Shown: in pieces, positions 1 through 11,407 of the stretch | How positions within the stretch are numbered: position 1 is the first letter of the stretch | Layout: every line of letters begins with the position of its first letter | Translations under genes and position numbers: made by a program | From: the human T2T-CHM13v2.0 reference genome, Homo sapiens | Assembly (NCBI RefSeq): GCF_009914755.1 | Contig: NC_060929.1 | DNA length: 64,000 nt | Reading direction: 5' to 3' (one strand) | The notes under the pieces: model-generated | Databases searched by the model: none | The model's input: the letters and a program-made list of their open reading frames with translations, nothing else | Told to the model about the DNA's origin: nothing

Positions 1-1665
1 GTCATAAATTTCTTCCCACAGCTGATACCCAGAATGGTGTTTCCCAGGTTTTCTTCTAGGATTCTTATAGTTTGAGGTCTTACATTTAAATCTTTAATCC
101 ATTCTGAATTAATTTTTGTACATGGTGAAAGGTAGGGGACAAGTTTCATTCTTCTGCATATAAAGCTAGCCAGCTATCCCAGCAGCATTTATTAAATAGG
201 GAGTTCTTTCCCTGTTGCTTATTTTTGATGAAAGATCAGATGGCTGTAGGTTTGCATTTTTTTTTTTTAATTTCTGTGTTTTCTAATCTGTTCCATTGGT
301 CTATGTGTCTTTTTTTGTACCACTACCATGCTGTTTTGGTTATTGTAGCTTTATAGTATAGTTTGAACTTGCGTAACATCAAGCCACTGGCTTTGTTCTC
401 TTTACTTAGGACTGCTTTGGCTATTTGGGCGACTTTTTGGTTGCATATGAATTTTATTATAGTTTTTTCCCAGTTCTGTGAGAAATGACAGTAGTTTGAT
501 AGGAATAGTGTTGAATCTGTAGATTGCTTTGGGCTGTATGGGCATTTAATGATATTGATTCTTTCAGACCGTCCGCACAGAATGTTTTTCCATTTGTTTG
601 TGTCATCTGTGATTTCTTTCAGCAGTGTCTTGTAGTGCTTCTTATAGGGATCTTTTATTTTCTTGGTTAAATGTATCCCTAGGTGTTTTATTTTATTTTT
701 TTGTTTCTCTTGTAAATGGCATTGCATTCTTGATTTGGCTATCAGCTTGAATGTTATTAGTATATAGAATTGGTGCTGATTTTTCTAATTTATTTTGTAT
801 CCTGATTGTTTACTGAAGTCGTTTATCAGTTTCAGGAGCCTTTTGGTGAAGTACTTAGGGCTTTGTAGGTATAGATGCATGTCATCCATTAAGAGAGATA
901 GTTTGACTTCTTTTCCTATTTGGGTGCCTTTTATTTTTTTCTCTTGCCTGATTGTTCTGGCTAGGACTTCTAGTACTATACTGTATTGGAGTGGTGAGAG
1001 TGTGCATCCTTGTCTTGTTCCAGTTCTCAAGGGGAATAGCTCAAGCATTTGCCGTTCAGTATGATGTGGGCTGTGTGTTTGTCATAGATGGCTCTTACTG
1101 TTTTGAATTATATTCCTTCCATGCCTAGTTTATTGAGGATTTTTATCATGAAGCGATGATGGATTTTATCAAACGCTTCAATCTCAATCATTAATTGAGA
1201 TTATTATATGGTTTTGTTTCTGATTGTGTTCGTGTGACAAATTACAGTTATTGATTTGTATATGTTGATCCAACCTTGCATCACAGGAATGAAGCCTATT
1301 GGATCATGATGAATTAATTTTTTGATGTGTTGCTTGATTCAGTTTGCTATTAATAGTATTTCATTGAGGATTTTTGTGTTTATGTTCATCATGGATATTG
1401 ACCTGCAGTTTTCTGCTTTTGTTGTGTCTTTGCCAAGTTTTGGTATCAGTGTGATGCTGGCTTTTTAGAATGAATTAGGTAGAATTCCCTCCTACTTGAT
1501 TTTTTGGAATAGTTTCTGTAGAATTGGTACTACCTCTTTGTACATCTAGTAGAATTTGGCTGTGAATCCATTTAGTCTGCTTTTTTTTTTTAATTGGATA
1601 GGTTTTTTATTACTGATTCAATTTGGAGCTGGATATTGGTCTTTTCAGGGTTTCAGTTTCTTCCT
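1..1665 (-). mobile_element. Old primate LINE-1 (L1PB/L1MA-like) ORF2 fragment, continues beyond window start
   Basis: Minus-strand ORFs 323-727 and 785-1048 are decayed ORF2 RT ([16 protein letters not shown] for FADDM, KLYYKATITKTAW). Confidence 0.9.
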
Positions 1666-3945
1666 TGATATGGTTCGGCTGTGTCCCCACCCAAATCTCA
1701 TCTTGAATTGTAACTCCCACAATTCCCACATGTTGTGGGAGGTGACTGAATTATGGGAGTGGGTCTTTCCTGGGCTGTTCTCGTGATAGTGAATGAGTCT
1801 CATGAGATCCGATGGTTTTAAAAATGGGAACTTTCCTGCACAAGCTCTCTTTTGCCTGCCGTCATCCACATAAGACGTGATTTGCTCCTCCTTGCCTTCC
1901 ACCATGTTTGTGAGGCCTCCCCAGCCATGTGGAACTGTAAGTTCAGTTAAATCTCTTTCTTTTGTAAATTGGCCAGTCTCAGGTATCAGCAGCATGAAAA
2001 CAGATTAATACAGTAAATTGGTACCAGTAGAGTGGGGCGTTGCTAAAAAGCTACCTGAAAATGTGGTAATGACTTTGGAACTGGGTAACAGGCAGAGGTT
2101 GGAACAGTTTGGAAGGTTCAGAAGAAGACAGGAAAATGTGGGAAAGTTTGGAACTTCCTAGAGACTTGTTGAATGGCTTTGACAGAAATACTGTTAGTGA
2201 TATGAACGAAAAGGTCCAGGCTGAGGTAGTCTCAGATAGAGATGAGGAACTTGTTGTGAACCGGAGCACAGGTGACTCTTGTTTTGTTGCAGCAAAGAGA
2301 CTGGTGGAATTTTGCCCCTGCCCTAGAGATTTATCGAAATTTGAACTTGAGAGAGATGATTTAGGGTATGTGCCAGAAGAAATTTCTAAGCAGCAAAGCA
2401 CTCAAGAGGTGACTTGGGTGCTGTTAAAGGCATTCAGTTTCATAAAGGAAGCAGAGCATAAAAGTTTGGAAAATTTGCAGCCTGAAAATGTGATAGAAAA
2501 GAAAATCCCATTTTCTGAGAGAAATTCAAGAAATTTGCATAAGTAACAAGGAATTGAATGTTAATCACCAAGACAATGGCAAAAATGTCTCCAGGGCATG
2601 TCAGAGGTCTTCATGACAGCCCCTCCATCATAGGCCTGGAGGCCTAGGAGGAAAACATGGTATTGTGGGCCAAGCCCAGGGTCCCTGTGTTACGTGCAGT
2701 CTAAGGACTTGGTGCCCTGCATCCTAGCCGCTCCAGCCGTGACTAAAAGGGGCCAAGGTATAGCTTGGGCCATGGCTTCAGAGGGTGCAAGCTCCAAGCC
2801 TTGGCAGCTTCCACGTGGTGTTGAGCCTGCCAGTGCACAGAAGTCAAGGATTGAGGTTTGGGAACCTCCTCCTAGATTTCTGAGGATGTGTGGAAATGCC
2901 TGGATGTCCCAGCAGAAGTTTGCCACAGGGGTGGGGCTCTCCTGGAGAACCTCTGCTAGGGCAATGTGGAAGGGAAATGTGGGGTTGGAGCCCCCACACA
3001 GAGTCCCTACTGGGGCACCACCTAGTGGAGCTGTGAGAAGAGGGCTACCGTCCTCCAGACCCCAGAATGGTAGCTATACCGACAGCCTGCACTGTGTGCC
3101 TGGAAAAGCTGCAGACACTCACCAACAGTCTGTGAAAGCAGCTGGAAGGGAGGCTGTACCCTGCAAAGCCACAGGGGCAGAGCTGCCCAAGACTATGGGA
3201 ACCCGCCTCTTGCATCTGCGTGACCTGGATGCAAGACATGGAGTCAAAGGAGATCATTTTGGAGCTTTGAGATTTGACTGCCCCACTGGATTTCAGACTT
3301 GCATGGGGTCTGTAGTCCCTTTGTTTTGGCCAGCGTCTCCCTTTTGGAATGGCTGTATTTACCTAATACCTGTACTCCCATTGTATCTAGGAAGTAACTA
3401 AGTTGCTTTTGATTTTACAAGTTCATAGGCGGAAGGGACTTGCCTTGTCTCAGATGAGACATTGGATTGTGGACTTTTGAGTTAATGCTGAAATAAGACT
3501 TTGGGGGACTGTTGGGAAGGCGTGATTGGTTTTGAAATGTGAGGACATGAGATTTGGGAGGGGTCCAGGGTGGAATGATATGGTTTAGCTGTGTCCCACC
3601 CAAAATCTCATATTGAATTTTAACTCCCACAATTCCCATGTGTTGTGGGAGGAACCCCGTGGGAGGTGACTGAATTATGGAGGCAGATCTTTCCTGTGCT
3701 GTTCTCATGTTAGTGAATGAGTCTCATGAGATCTGATGGCTTTAAAAACGGGAATTTTCCTGCACTAGCTCTCTTTTTGCTTGCCGCCATCCATGTAAGA
3801 TGTGATTTGCTTCTCCTTGCCCTCCACTATGTTTGTGAGGCCTCCCCAGCCACGTGGAACTGTAAGTCCAGTTAAACCTCTGTCTTTTGTAAATTGCCCT
3901 GTCTCAGGTATGTCTTTATCAGCAGTGTGAAAACAGACTAATATA
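1666..3945 (+). mobile_element. Full THE1C-like MaLR element: 5' LTR 1666-2012, internal 2013-3575, 3' LTR 3576-3945
   Basis: Both LTRs start TGATATGGTT and end TAATA(C/T)A. Internal region starts GTAAATTGGTACCAG and gives typical THE1-int ORFs (GSEEDRKMWESLELPRDLLNGF). Perfect 5-bp TSD TTCCT at 1661-1665 and 3946-3950. Confidence 0.93.
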
Positions 3946-6170
3946 TTCCTGATTCAATCTTGAGAAGTTGCGTGTTTCCAGGAATTTGTCCATTCCTGTA
4001 GATTTTCTAGTTTGTTTGCATAGAGGTATTCGTAATAGTCTCTGAGGATCTTTTGTTTTTCTGTGGATCAGTTTTGATGTCACCTTTGTGATTTCTTATT
4101 GTGCTTATTTTCATTTTCCGTCTTTTTCTTTGTTGGTCTAGCTAGTGGTCTATCAACCTTGTTTATCCTTTCAAAGATCAAAGTTTTTGTTTTGTTGTTT
4201 ATTTGTATGGATGATTGGATATCAATTTCATTCAGTTTTTCTTTGGTTTTGGTTACTTCTTTTCTTTTGCTATCTTTAGGGTTAGTTCTTGTTTTTCTTG
4301 ATCTTCTAGGTATAGTATTAGATCCTGAATTCGAGATCTTTCTACCTTTTTGAGGTGGTGTTTAGTGCTATATACTTTTCTCTGAACACTGCTCTTGTTG
4401 CGTCCCAGAGATTCTGGTATGCTGTTTCTCTATTTTCATTTATTTCAGATAATGTTTTGATTTCTGCCTTAATTTCATTGTTTACCCACAAGTCATTCTG
4501 GAGCAAGTTGTTTAATTTCATGTAATTGTGTAGTTTTGAGATATCTTCTTGGTGTTGACTTCTGCTTTTATTTCACTGTGGCCCAAGAGTGTTGTTGGTA
4601 TGATTTAGTTTTTTTTTTTTTTAATTTACTGGGACTTGTTTTATGGCCAAGCATGTGGTTGATGTTAGATTATGTTCCATGTCAGATGAGAGTAATGTGT
4701 ATTCTGTGTATGATACATGGAATATTTCCTAGATTTCTATTAGATCCAGTTGGTCAAGTGTTGAATTTCAGGTCAGAATTTCTTTCTTAGTTTTCTGTCT
4801 CAGTGATCTGTCTGATGCTATCAGTGGGGTGTTGTGTGGCTGTCTGTGTCTTTTTGTAGGTCTAGATGTATTTTTTTTGTGAATCTAGGTGCTTCAATGT
4901 TGGGTGCATATATTAAATATAAGTTAAGTCTTCTTGTTGAATTAAATTCTTTATCATTAGTATCATTATTACTTCTTGTCCATTTTTTTTTGTTGGTCCA
5001 ACATTTGTTTTATCTGATATAAGAATAGCTTCACTATTCTTTTTTGTTTTCTGTTTGTGTGATCTTTCTCTAACCCTTTACTCTGTGCCTGTGGGTGTCA
5101 ACATGTAAGAATGGGTTTCTTGAAGACAGCAGATGGTTGGGTTTGTTTTTTTAATCCAACTTGCAACTCTGTGCCTTTTAAGTGGAGTAGTTAGACAGTT
5201 TACATTCAATATTAATATTAATATTAATATGTAAGATTTTGATCCTATTGTGAAGTCATTAGATGATTACTTTGTAGTTTGTATTGTGTGGTTCCTTTAT
5301 AGGGCCTGTGTGCATGTTTTTGTGGTAGCAGGTATTTTCGTTGTTGTTGTTTCCTTGTTTAGAACTCCCTTAAGGATCTCTTGTGAGGCGACCTGGTATA
5401 GAATTCTGTTAGCACTTGCTTGTCCGGAAAATGTTTTATTCCTCCTTCACTTACGATGCTTAGTTTGGTGAGATGTGAAATTCTTGATTGGAATTTCTTT
5501 TCTTAAAGATGGCTGAAAGTACACCCCTAATCTTCCCTGGCTTAGAAGATTTCTGCTGAGAAGTCCACTGTTGGCCTGACAGATTTCCCTTTGCACATGT
5601 GATCTGACCTTTTTCTCAGCTGCCTTTAAGATTTTTTTCTTTAGTTTTGATCTTGGACAGTCTTGTGACAATATGTCTTGTTGCTGTTCACTTTGTATAG
5701 CATCTCACAGGTGTTACCTGGATTTTTTTGTATGTGGATATCTACCTCTCCAGTAAGATTAGGGAAACTTTTTTTGTATTATTCCTTCAAATATGTTTTC
5801 CAGGTTGTTTACTTTTTCTCCTTCTTTCTCAGGAATGACGTAACTTGTAGGTTTCGTTGCTTTACCTAATCCCGTATTTCTCAGAGAGTTTGTTTATTTT
5901 AAAAAATTCTTTTTTATTTACTTTTGTCTGACTGCGTTAGTTCTGAAGACATGTATTTAGGCTCTGAAGTTTCCTCTGAAGCTTTCAGTTGTCTTTTGAA
6001 ACTCCTTAAGTGAGTTTTTCAACTCCATAAGCTCTGACTGATTTCTCTTTAAGATGCTGATGTATTCCTTCATTGCCTGGATTGCTTTTGAAGTTTCTTT
6101 GTATTGAATTTCATCCTTGTCTTGGATCTTGTTAATCATTCTTGTAATACATGCTTTTCCATACTTTGAA

Positions 6171-6474
6171 TTTTTTGTTTTGTTTTGTTTTTTAGACAGG
6201 TTCTTGCTCTGTTGCCCAGGCTGGTGTGCAGTGGCATGATCACAGCTCTCTTCAGCCTTGATCTTCTGGGCTTAAGTAATCCTCCTATCTTAGCCTCCTG
6301 AGTAGCTGGGACTACAAGTGTGGACCACCATGCCTGGCTAATTTTTGTATATTTTGTAGAGATGGGATATTACCATATTGCCCAGGCTGTTCTCAAACTT
6401 CTGGGCTCAAGTGATCCTCCTGCCTTGGCATCCCAAAATGCTATGATTGCAGATGTGAGCCACCATGCCAAGCC
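6171..6474 (-). mobile_element. AluJ-like
   Basis: Reverse-complement Alu dimer, diverged, with T-rich tail. Confidence 0.9.
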
Positions 6475-7199
6475 TGTGCTTTAAATTCTTTATCTGTCAT
6501 TTCTGAGTTTCCAGTTTGGTTACAGACCATTGCTGGAGAGCTGGTATGATCCTTTGGTGATGTCACTACATTCACATTTTTCATAGTGCCAGAATTCTTG
6601 TGCTGGTTCCTTCTCATCTAGAGGTGCTGGCACTTCTAATTTTTGTAATTATTTTTGTGCAGGTAGGAATTTTTCTTTTTTCTTTCTTTTCTTGTGATAT
6701 TATTGTTATTTTTTAATTTCTCTTTTCCTTTCCCCTCCTTCCTAGGTAGTATGTCTATAGAGAATGTTCAGTAATGTCTTTTTGGCTCTGCCGTATGGAC
6801 TTCCGTTGGCAGGTTTTATACTGGGCTTTTGTATTGGGCTTTCTTTATATATAAGCCAGTACATAGCGCTTATAGGTAAGACGTGGCTGTGGCTAACACA
6901 GCTGGGTGTGTATACTTGATCCTCGCTTACTGAGAGAAGCTCTCTGTTGCCTCAGGCAATTGATTGATCCGTGTAGTGCACAGTGGTCTGATTTCCCTGC
7001 TCACCTCTCCAGGCTGGGGAGCAACATGTGTGGGGCCGGACTGGGCAGGCCTGCCTACCTGTCGCCCAGTGGCAGGCAGAAGCACCAGCACTGAGGGAGA
7101 ATCCAATGGGTGTCCACCAAGTGCTCAGAGGTGTGCCTAGGAAACCTCCTCAGCCCCAAGTTCTTTGCCCGGGGAGGGAGAGTTGGCCAAACTCCTAAT

Positions 7200-7915
7200 C
7201 CAGGAGAGTGGGTACTCCAGATGCCTAGACATGGAGAGTACTGCAGCACCACAGTCTCTGCACAGGAATGGTGGGGCAGGTCAGGTTGCTGATTCAGAAG
7301 AGTAGGTGCTCCCAATGGAGATCTGCTTTGGTGTTGAGCAGAGAGGGCCCAGCTGCAATACGGTGTCTTCATAGGAAGGGTTGGATACTTAGTCTGCTGA
7401 CCTAGGTGAGCAGGTGTTTCAGCTGTCTGGAGATCTGCCTGGGGGTGAGGAAGAGAAGGCCCTCCTTTACCTGTATCTTTGCACAGAAAGGGTAGGGTGG
7501 CTCATGCTTCCAGTCCGGGCATGCAGGTTCTTTGAATGCCTGGAGACCTGCCCTGGTGAGGAGCAGAGAGGGCCCTATTGCCCCATGATCTATGCACAGG
7601 AAGGGTGGGTGTGTCAGCCTGCTTCTCCAGGTGAGCAAGTGCTCCAAGTACCTGGAGATCTGCCTGGCCGTGGAATGGAGAGGGCCCTTCTGCCCCACAA
7701 TCTATGTCCAGGAAGGGTAGGGCATCCCAGGCTGCTGAACCAGGCAAGTGGGTGCTCTGAATGCCTGGAGATCTGCCTAGGTGTGAAGTGGAGAGGGCCT
7801 CCCTGCACCAAGATCTGTGAATGGGAAGGGTGGGGCAGGTCATGCTGCTGATCCAAGTGAGTGGATGCTCCAGATGCCTAGAGATCTGCCTGGGTATGGA
7901 GTGGAGTGGGCCCCA
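7200..7915. repeat. Degenerate tandem array of ~113-bp monomers in the L1 5' end
   Basis: Core CTGGAGATCTGCCT variants at 7315, 7427, 7540, 7652, 7765 and 7878 (spacing 112-113 bp). Confidence 0.88.
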
Positions 7916-7929
7916 AAATACCATGTTAT

Positions 7930-10310
7930 ATTACTTAATTTTCAAATGTATATATATTTTGCCATGGATCTCTTCGTTACTGATTTTAAATTTAATTTCA
8001 TTGTTTTTCAAGAATCTATTTTGTATCAGTTGAATGTTTAAAAATTCATGAATACTTGTTTCATGGCCCAGAAAATAGTTTGTCTTGGTAAATATTGCAT
8101 GTGCAGTTGCTAAGAAGTATGTATTCTGCTGTTGTTGGTTAGAGTGTTCTATAGATGACAGTAAAGTGAAGATGGTTGATAGTGGTGTTTAAGTCTTCTA
8201 TTTCTGTATTAGGGTTTTCCAGAGAAACAGAACCAATAGGAGATATATATATATGATTTATCATGGAAGTCTAAAAGACACACGATATGCTGTCTGCAAG
8301 CTGGAGAACTAGGAAAGACAGTGCTGTAATTCAGTCTGAGTCTAAAGGCCCGAGAACCAGAGGTACCTCCTGTGTAAATCCCAGAGTAAGAAGGCCCAAA
8401 AACCTAGAGTTCTGATGCTCTAGGGCAGGAGGAGATGAATATCTGTTCTAGAAGAGAGAGAGTAAATTTGCCCTTCCTCCTCCTTTTTGTTCCATTAGGC
8501 TGTCAATAGATTCGATAATGCTTGTCATCGAATCTTCTGGTGGATCTTTACTCAGTTGTCTCATTCAAATGCTAATCTCTTCTGGAAACACCCTCAAAGA
8601 CACACAGAGATGGGTTTCACCAGCTATCTGCAGTTCCTTTGAGTCAGTCAAGTTGACACATAAAATTAAACATCACAGTTTCTTTACTCATGTTTGTCTA
8701 CCTGTCCCATCAGTTGAGAGAGGGATGCTGAAATCTCCCACTATAACTGTGAACTTGCCTGTTTCTCTTTGGCATTTATTAGTCCATTTTTCTTATATTT
8801 CAATTCCCTATTATTAGATGCATAAATGTTTAGAAATGTTATATCTTCTTGACAAATAAATTAACTTGTTTATTGGGTGGGAAATGTTTAGGATTTTTAT
8901 TTTCTCCTCATTAATTAGGCCCTTTATCACTGAGAAATTAACTTAACTCTGGTAATATTCTTTGTTGTGAAATGTAAGCTGTCTGATATTAATATAACCA
9001 CGCTGGGTTTCATTTGGCTAATGTTAGCGTGGTATGTCGTTTTTCATCATATATTTGGTATATTTGAAGTGGGTTTTTGTAAGTAACATATAGTTGAGTC
9101 TTGCTTGGTTTCCTAATATGACAATCTCTGCTATTTAGTTTGTGTGTTTAGACTATTTCATTTAGTGTGATTATTGATATGATTAGGTTTAAATTTATCA
9201 TCTTACCATTTGTTTTCTCCTTATCCTGTCTGCTCTTTTTATGTTCTTATATTCCTTTCTCCTGTTTCTTTTGGATTGAGCATTTTTAAAATGTGACTAT
9301 TTTTATCTCCTTTATTGAATTATTGCCTATAAATGTTTATTGTGTTATTTTAATGGTTGCATTAAGGTCTATAGTATACATCTATAACTTACTATAAGTC
9401 TGTATTTCAGTGATATGTAGAACCTCATCTATAATAATATTCTTGCAAGAGTATACTTCAGTTTCTCCCACCTGTTCTTTGTGTTATTATTGTTACAGCT
9501 TTTAATTATATGTGAGTTATAAATCCACAATACATTATTATTTTTGCTGATTATCTTTTGAATAATTTAAATAATAAGTACATAATTCTTTATATTTGCT
9601 CATTGAGTTACAGTGTATGGTAGTCTTCTTTATGTAGATTCAGGTTTCTAGCTTGTATCATTTTCTTTCTGTTTGAAGAACTTCCTTTCACATTTCTTAT
9701 AGTGCAAGTCTATTGAAAAAAATTTTTTTTTAGGTTTGAAAGCGTAAAAATATCTTTATGGTGTCCTTTGTTTTTGAAAACAATTTTTACATGTATAAGA
9801 TTCCTGTTTGGCAATTTCTTTACATATTTTAAAGATGTTGCTGTATTATCATCTTACTTGTGTTGTTTCTCATGAAAAATTTGTGCCTAATGTTTTTTTC
9901 CTCTGGCTGCACTTAAGGTTTTCCCTTTGTTACTGATGTTAAGCAATTCATTATGTGCCTTTATGTAGTTTTCTCTGCATTTTTTGTGCTAGGGTCTTGT
10001 TGACCTTTTTAAACCCATGGGCTACTACAGTTTTCATCAACTTTGGAAAGTTTTCAGGCATTATTTTAAATAATTGTTTTTTAGTTCTCCCTCTTCCTTT
10101 TATCTTCTTTCAGGACCCTGATTACGTATGGATTTGGCTGTTTAAAGTTGTCTTACAGTTTACTATGCTGTATTTTTCTTTCTTCTCTGTGTTTCATTGT
10201 GGTTAGTTTTTATTGTTGTCTTCTACTTCACTAATCTTACTTTTATTCAATGTCTAATCTGTTGTTAATTTTATCCACTGTATTTTTCAGCTCAGATATT
10301 TTTACTTCCA
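7930..10310 (-). mobile_element. Ancient L1M fragment (interrupted by MLT2)
   Basis: T-rich antisense L1 endonuclease-region motifs, e.g. gtattctgctgttgttgg and tgaaatctcccactataactgtg. Confidence 0.65.
8205..8677 (-). mobile_element. MLT2-like (ERVL) solo LTR
   Basis: Termini TGTATTAGGGTTTTCCAGAGAAACAGAACCAATAGG ... AAGTTGACACATAAAATTAAACATCACA. Near-TSD ATTTC/GTTTC. Confidence 0.8.
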
Positions 10311-10863
10311 ACTTCCTTTCGTAACCCTATTAATGAGGTTAACTTTAATTCTTTCCCTGATCACTTATTTCCAGCAGTGTCTCTTCTTCCCTCACTCCTC
10401 CTTTTCTGGCAACAATACTTCCTTTCTTGCCAATATTTAAATTTAAATTATGCCTGTGTACCATTCCTTCGTCTTCTTGTACCTGCCAAAACTCAACTTT
10501 TCCTTTTGCTCCACACCCATACTTTAGGGTGGAACAAATGGAGAGAATAAACAGAAATCAAGTAGTTGGGCCATTTCCATGTTAAAAATGAACAAGTCGT
10601 AAATATCTCTAGTAGATTTGAATTCCTTTTATATCTTGTATCTTTTGACTTAATATATTTATTCTTTCCTCTAGTTTTGTGAATATATGGAATATAGTCC
10701 TTTTTTGGCAATTACTTTTTCATTCTGATCCAGAATTCAATACACAGTCACTTATTTCATTTATTTAATAGTTGTTGTATCTCTTCTGTGACTTTTTATC
10801 TAGAATACGAACATGAGAAATCACATGAACCTGTGATTTGGTAATTTTTCATTTTTTAATTTA

Positions 10864-11407
10864 TTTTACAGGAAAGGGGTCCCAGTTCAGACCCCAAGGG
10901 AGGGTTATTGGATCTCGCGCAAGAAATAATTCAGAACAGGTCCACAGTGCAAAGCAAAAGCAGGTTTATTAAGAAAGTAAAGTGGTGAAAGTACAGCTAC
11001 TCCATACACAGGGGAGGGCGTTCCTGAAAGTAAGAGGAGAAATGTGTCCACCCTAGGTACAATACGTGTTTGTATACAGGATAAAAAAAGATCATTGGGA
11101 GATGTGCTCTGTTACAAGGGTTTGTGATAAAGGATTACTTTTCTTAATTACTATATTTTGCAAGAATTGATGTTATTATCTTTAAAGCAAAATTAGGAAT
11201 GCTTCTGTTCTCAAGATATCATCGGGGTATTAGGACACTCCTAAGTCTGGATCTGTTTAGTAAACATTATCAATCTGTTCCCTTAACCATAAACATCTAG
11301 AGGCTAGCAATACCTAACTTTCTGGGCATGCAGCTCAGCAAGTCGCAGCCTCATTTTTCCTAGCCCTCACTCAAGATGGAATCACTCTAGTTCGAATGCC
11401 TCTGTTA
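10864..11407 (-). mobile_element. MER41-family (ERV1) solo LTR
   Basis: ACAGGAAAGGGGTCCC..AGACCCCAAG..GGATCTCGCGCAAGAAA start and CAAGATGGA..GTTCGAATGCCTCTG end match reverse MER41. Probable TTTA TSD. Confidence 0.8.

Larger units (their letters stand above)
3951..7920 (-). mobile_element. Continuation of the same old L1: ORF2 5' part, ORF1 remnants and 5' UTR region
   Basis: Rejoins the L1 across the THE1 TSD. ORF1-like peptides KKKILKAAEKK (5447-5671) and coiled coil ILKRNQSELMELKNSLKEF (5957-6139). GC-richer 5' end at 6900-7920. Confidence 0.8.

Noticed and set aside
2109-3401. 145-aa and 235-aa ORFs as a novel gene
   Set aside because: These are standard THE1 internal-region reading frames found in many copies, with no independent evidence of coding function.
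3841-3853. PRDM9 hotspot motif in the THE1 LTRs
   Set aside because: The sequence is CCTCCCCAGCCAC (5' LTR CCTCCCCAGCCAT), lacking the T at position 7 of CCNCCNTNNCCNC.
5208-5230. Perfect palindrome AATATTAATATTAATATT
   Set aside because: Simple hexamer slippage repeat within an L1; a similar one occurs at ~15116. No sign of function.
7200-7915. Regularly spaced CTGGAGATCTGCCT repeats as a CRISPR-like array
   Set aside because: The intervening sequences are homologous to each other (whole-unit tandem repeat), the DNA is primate intron, and there are no cas genes.
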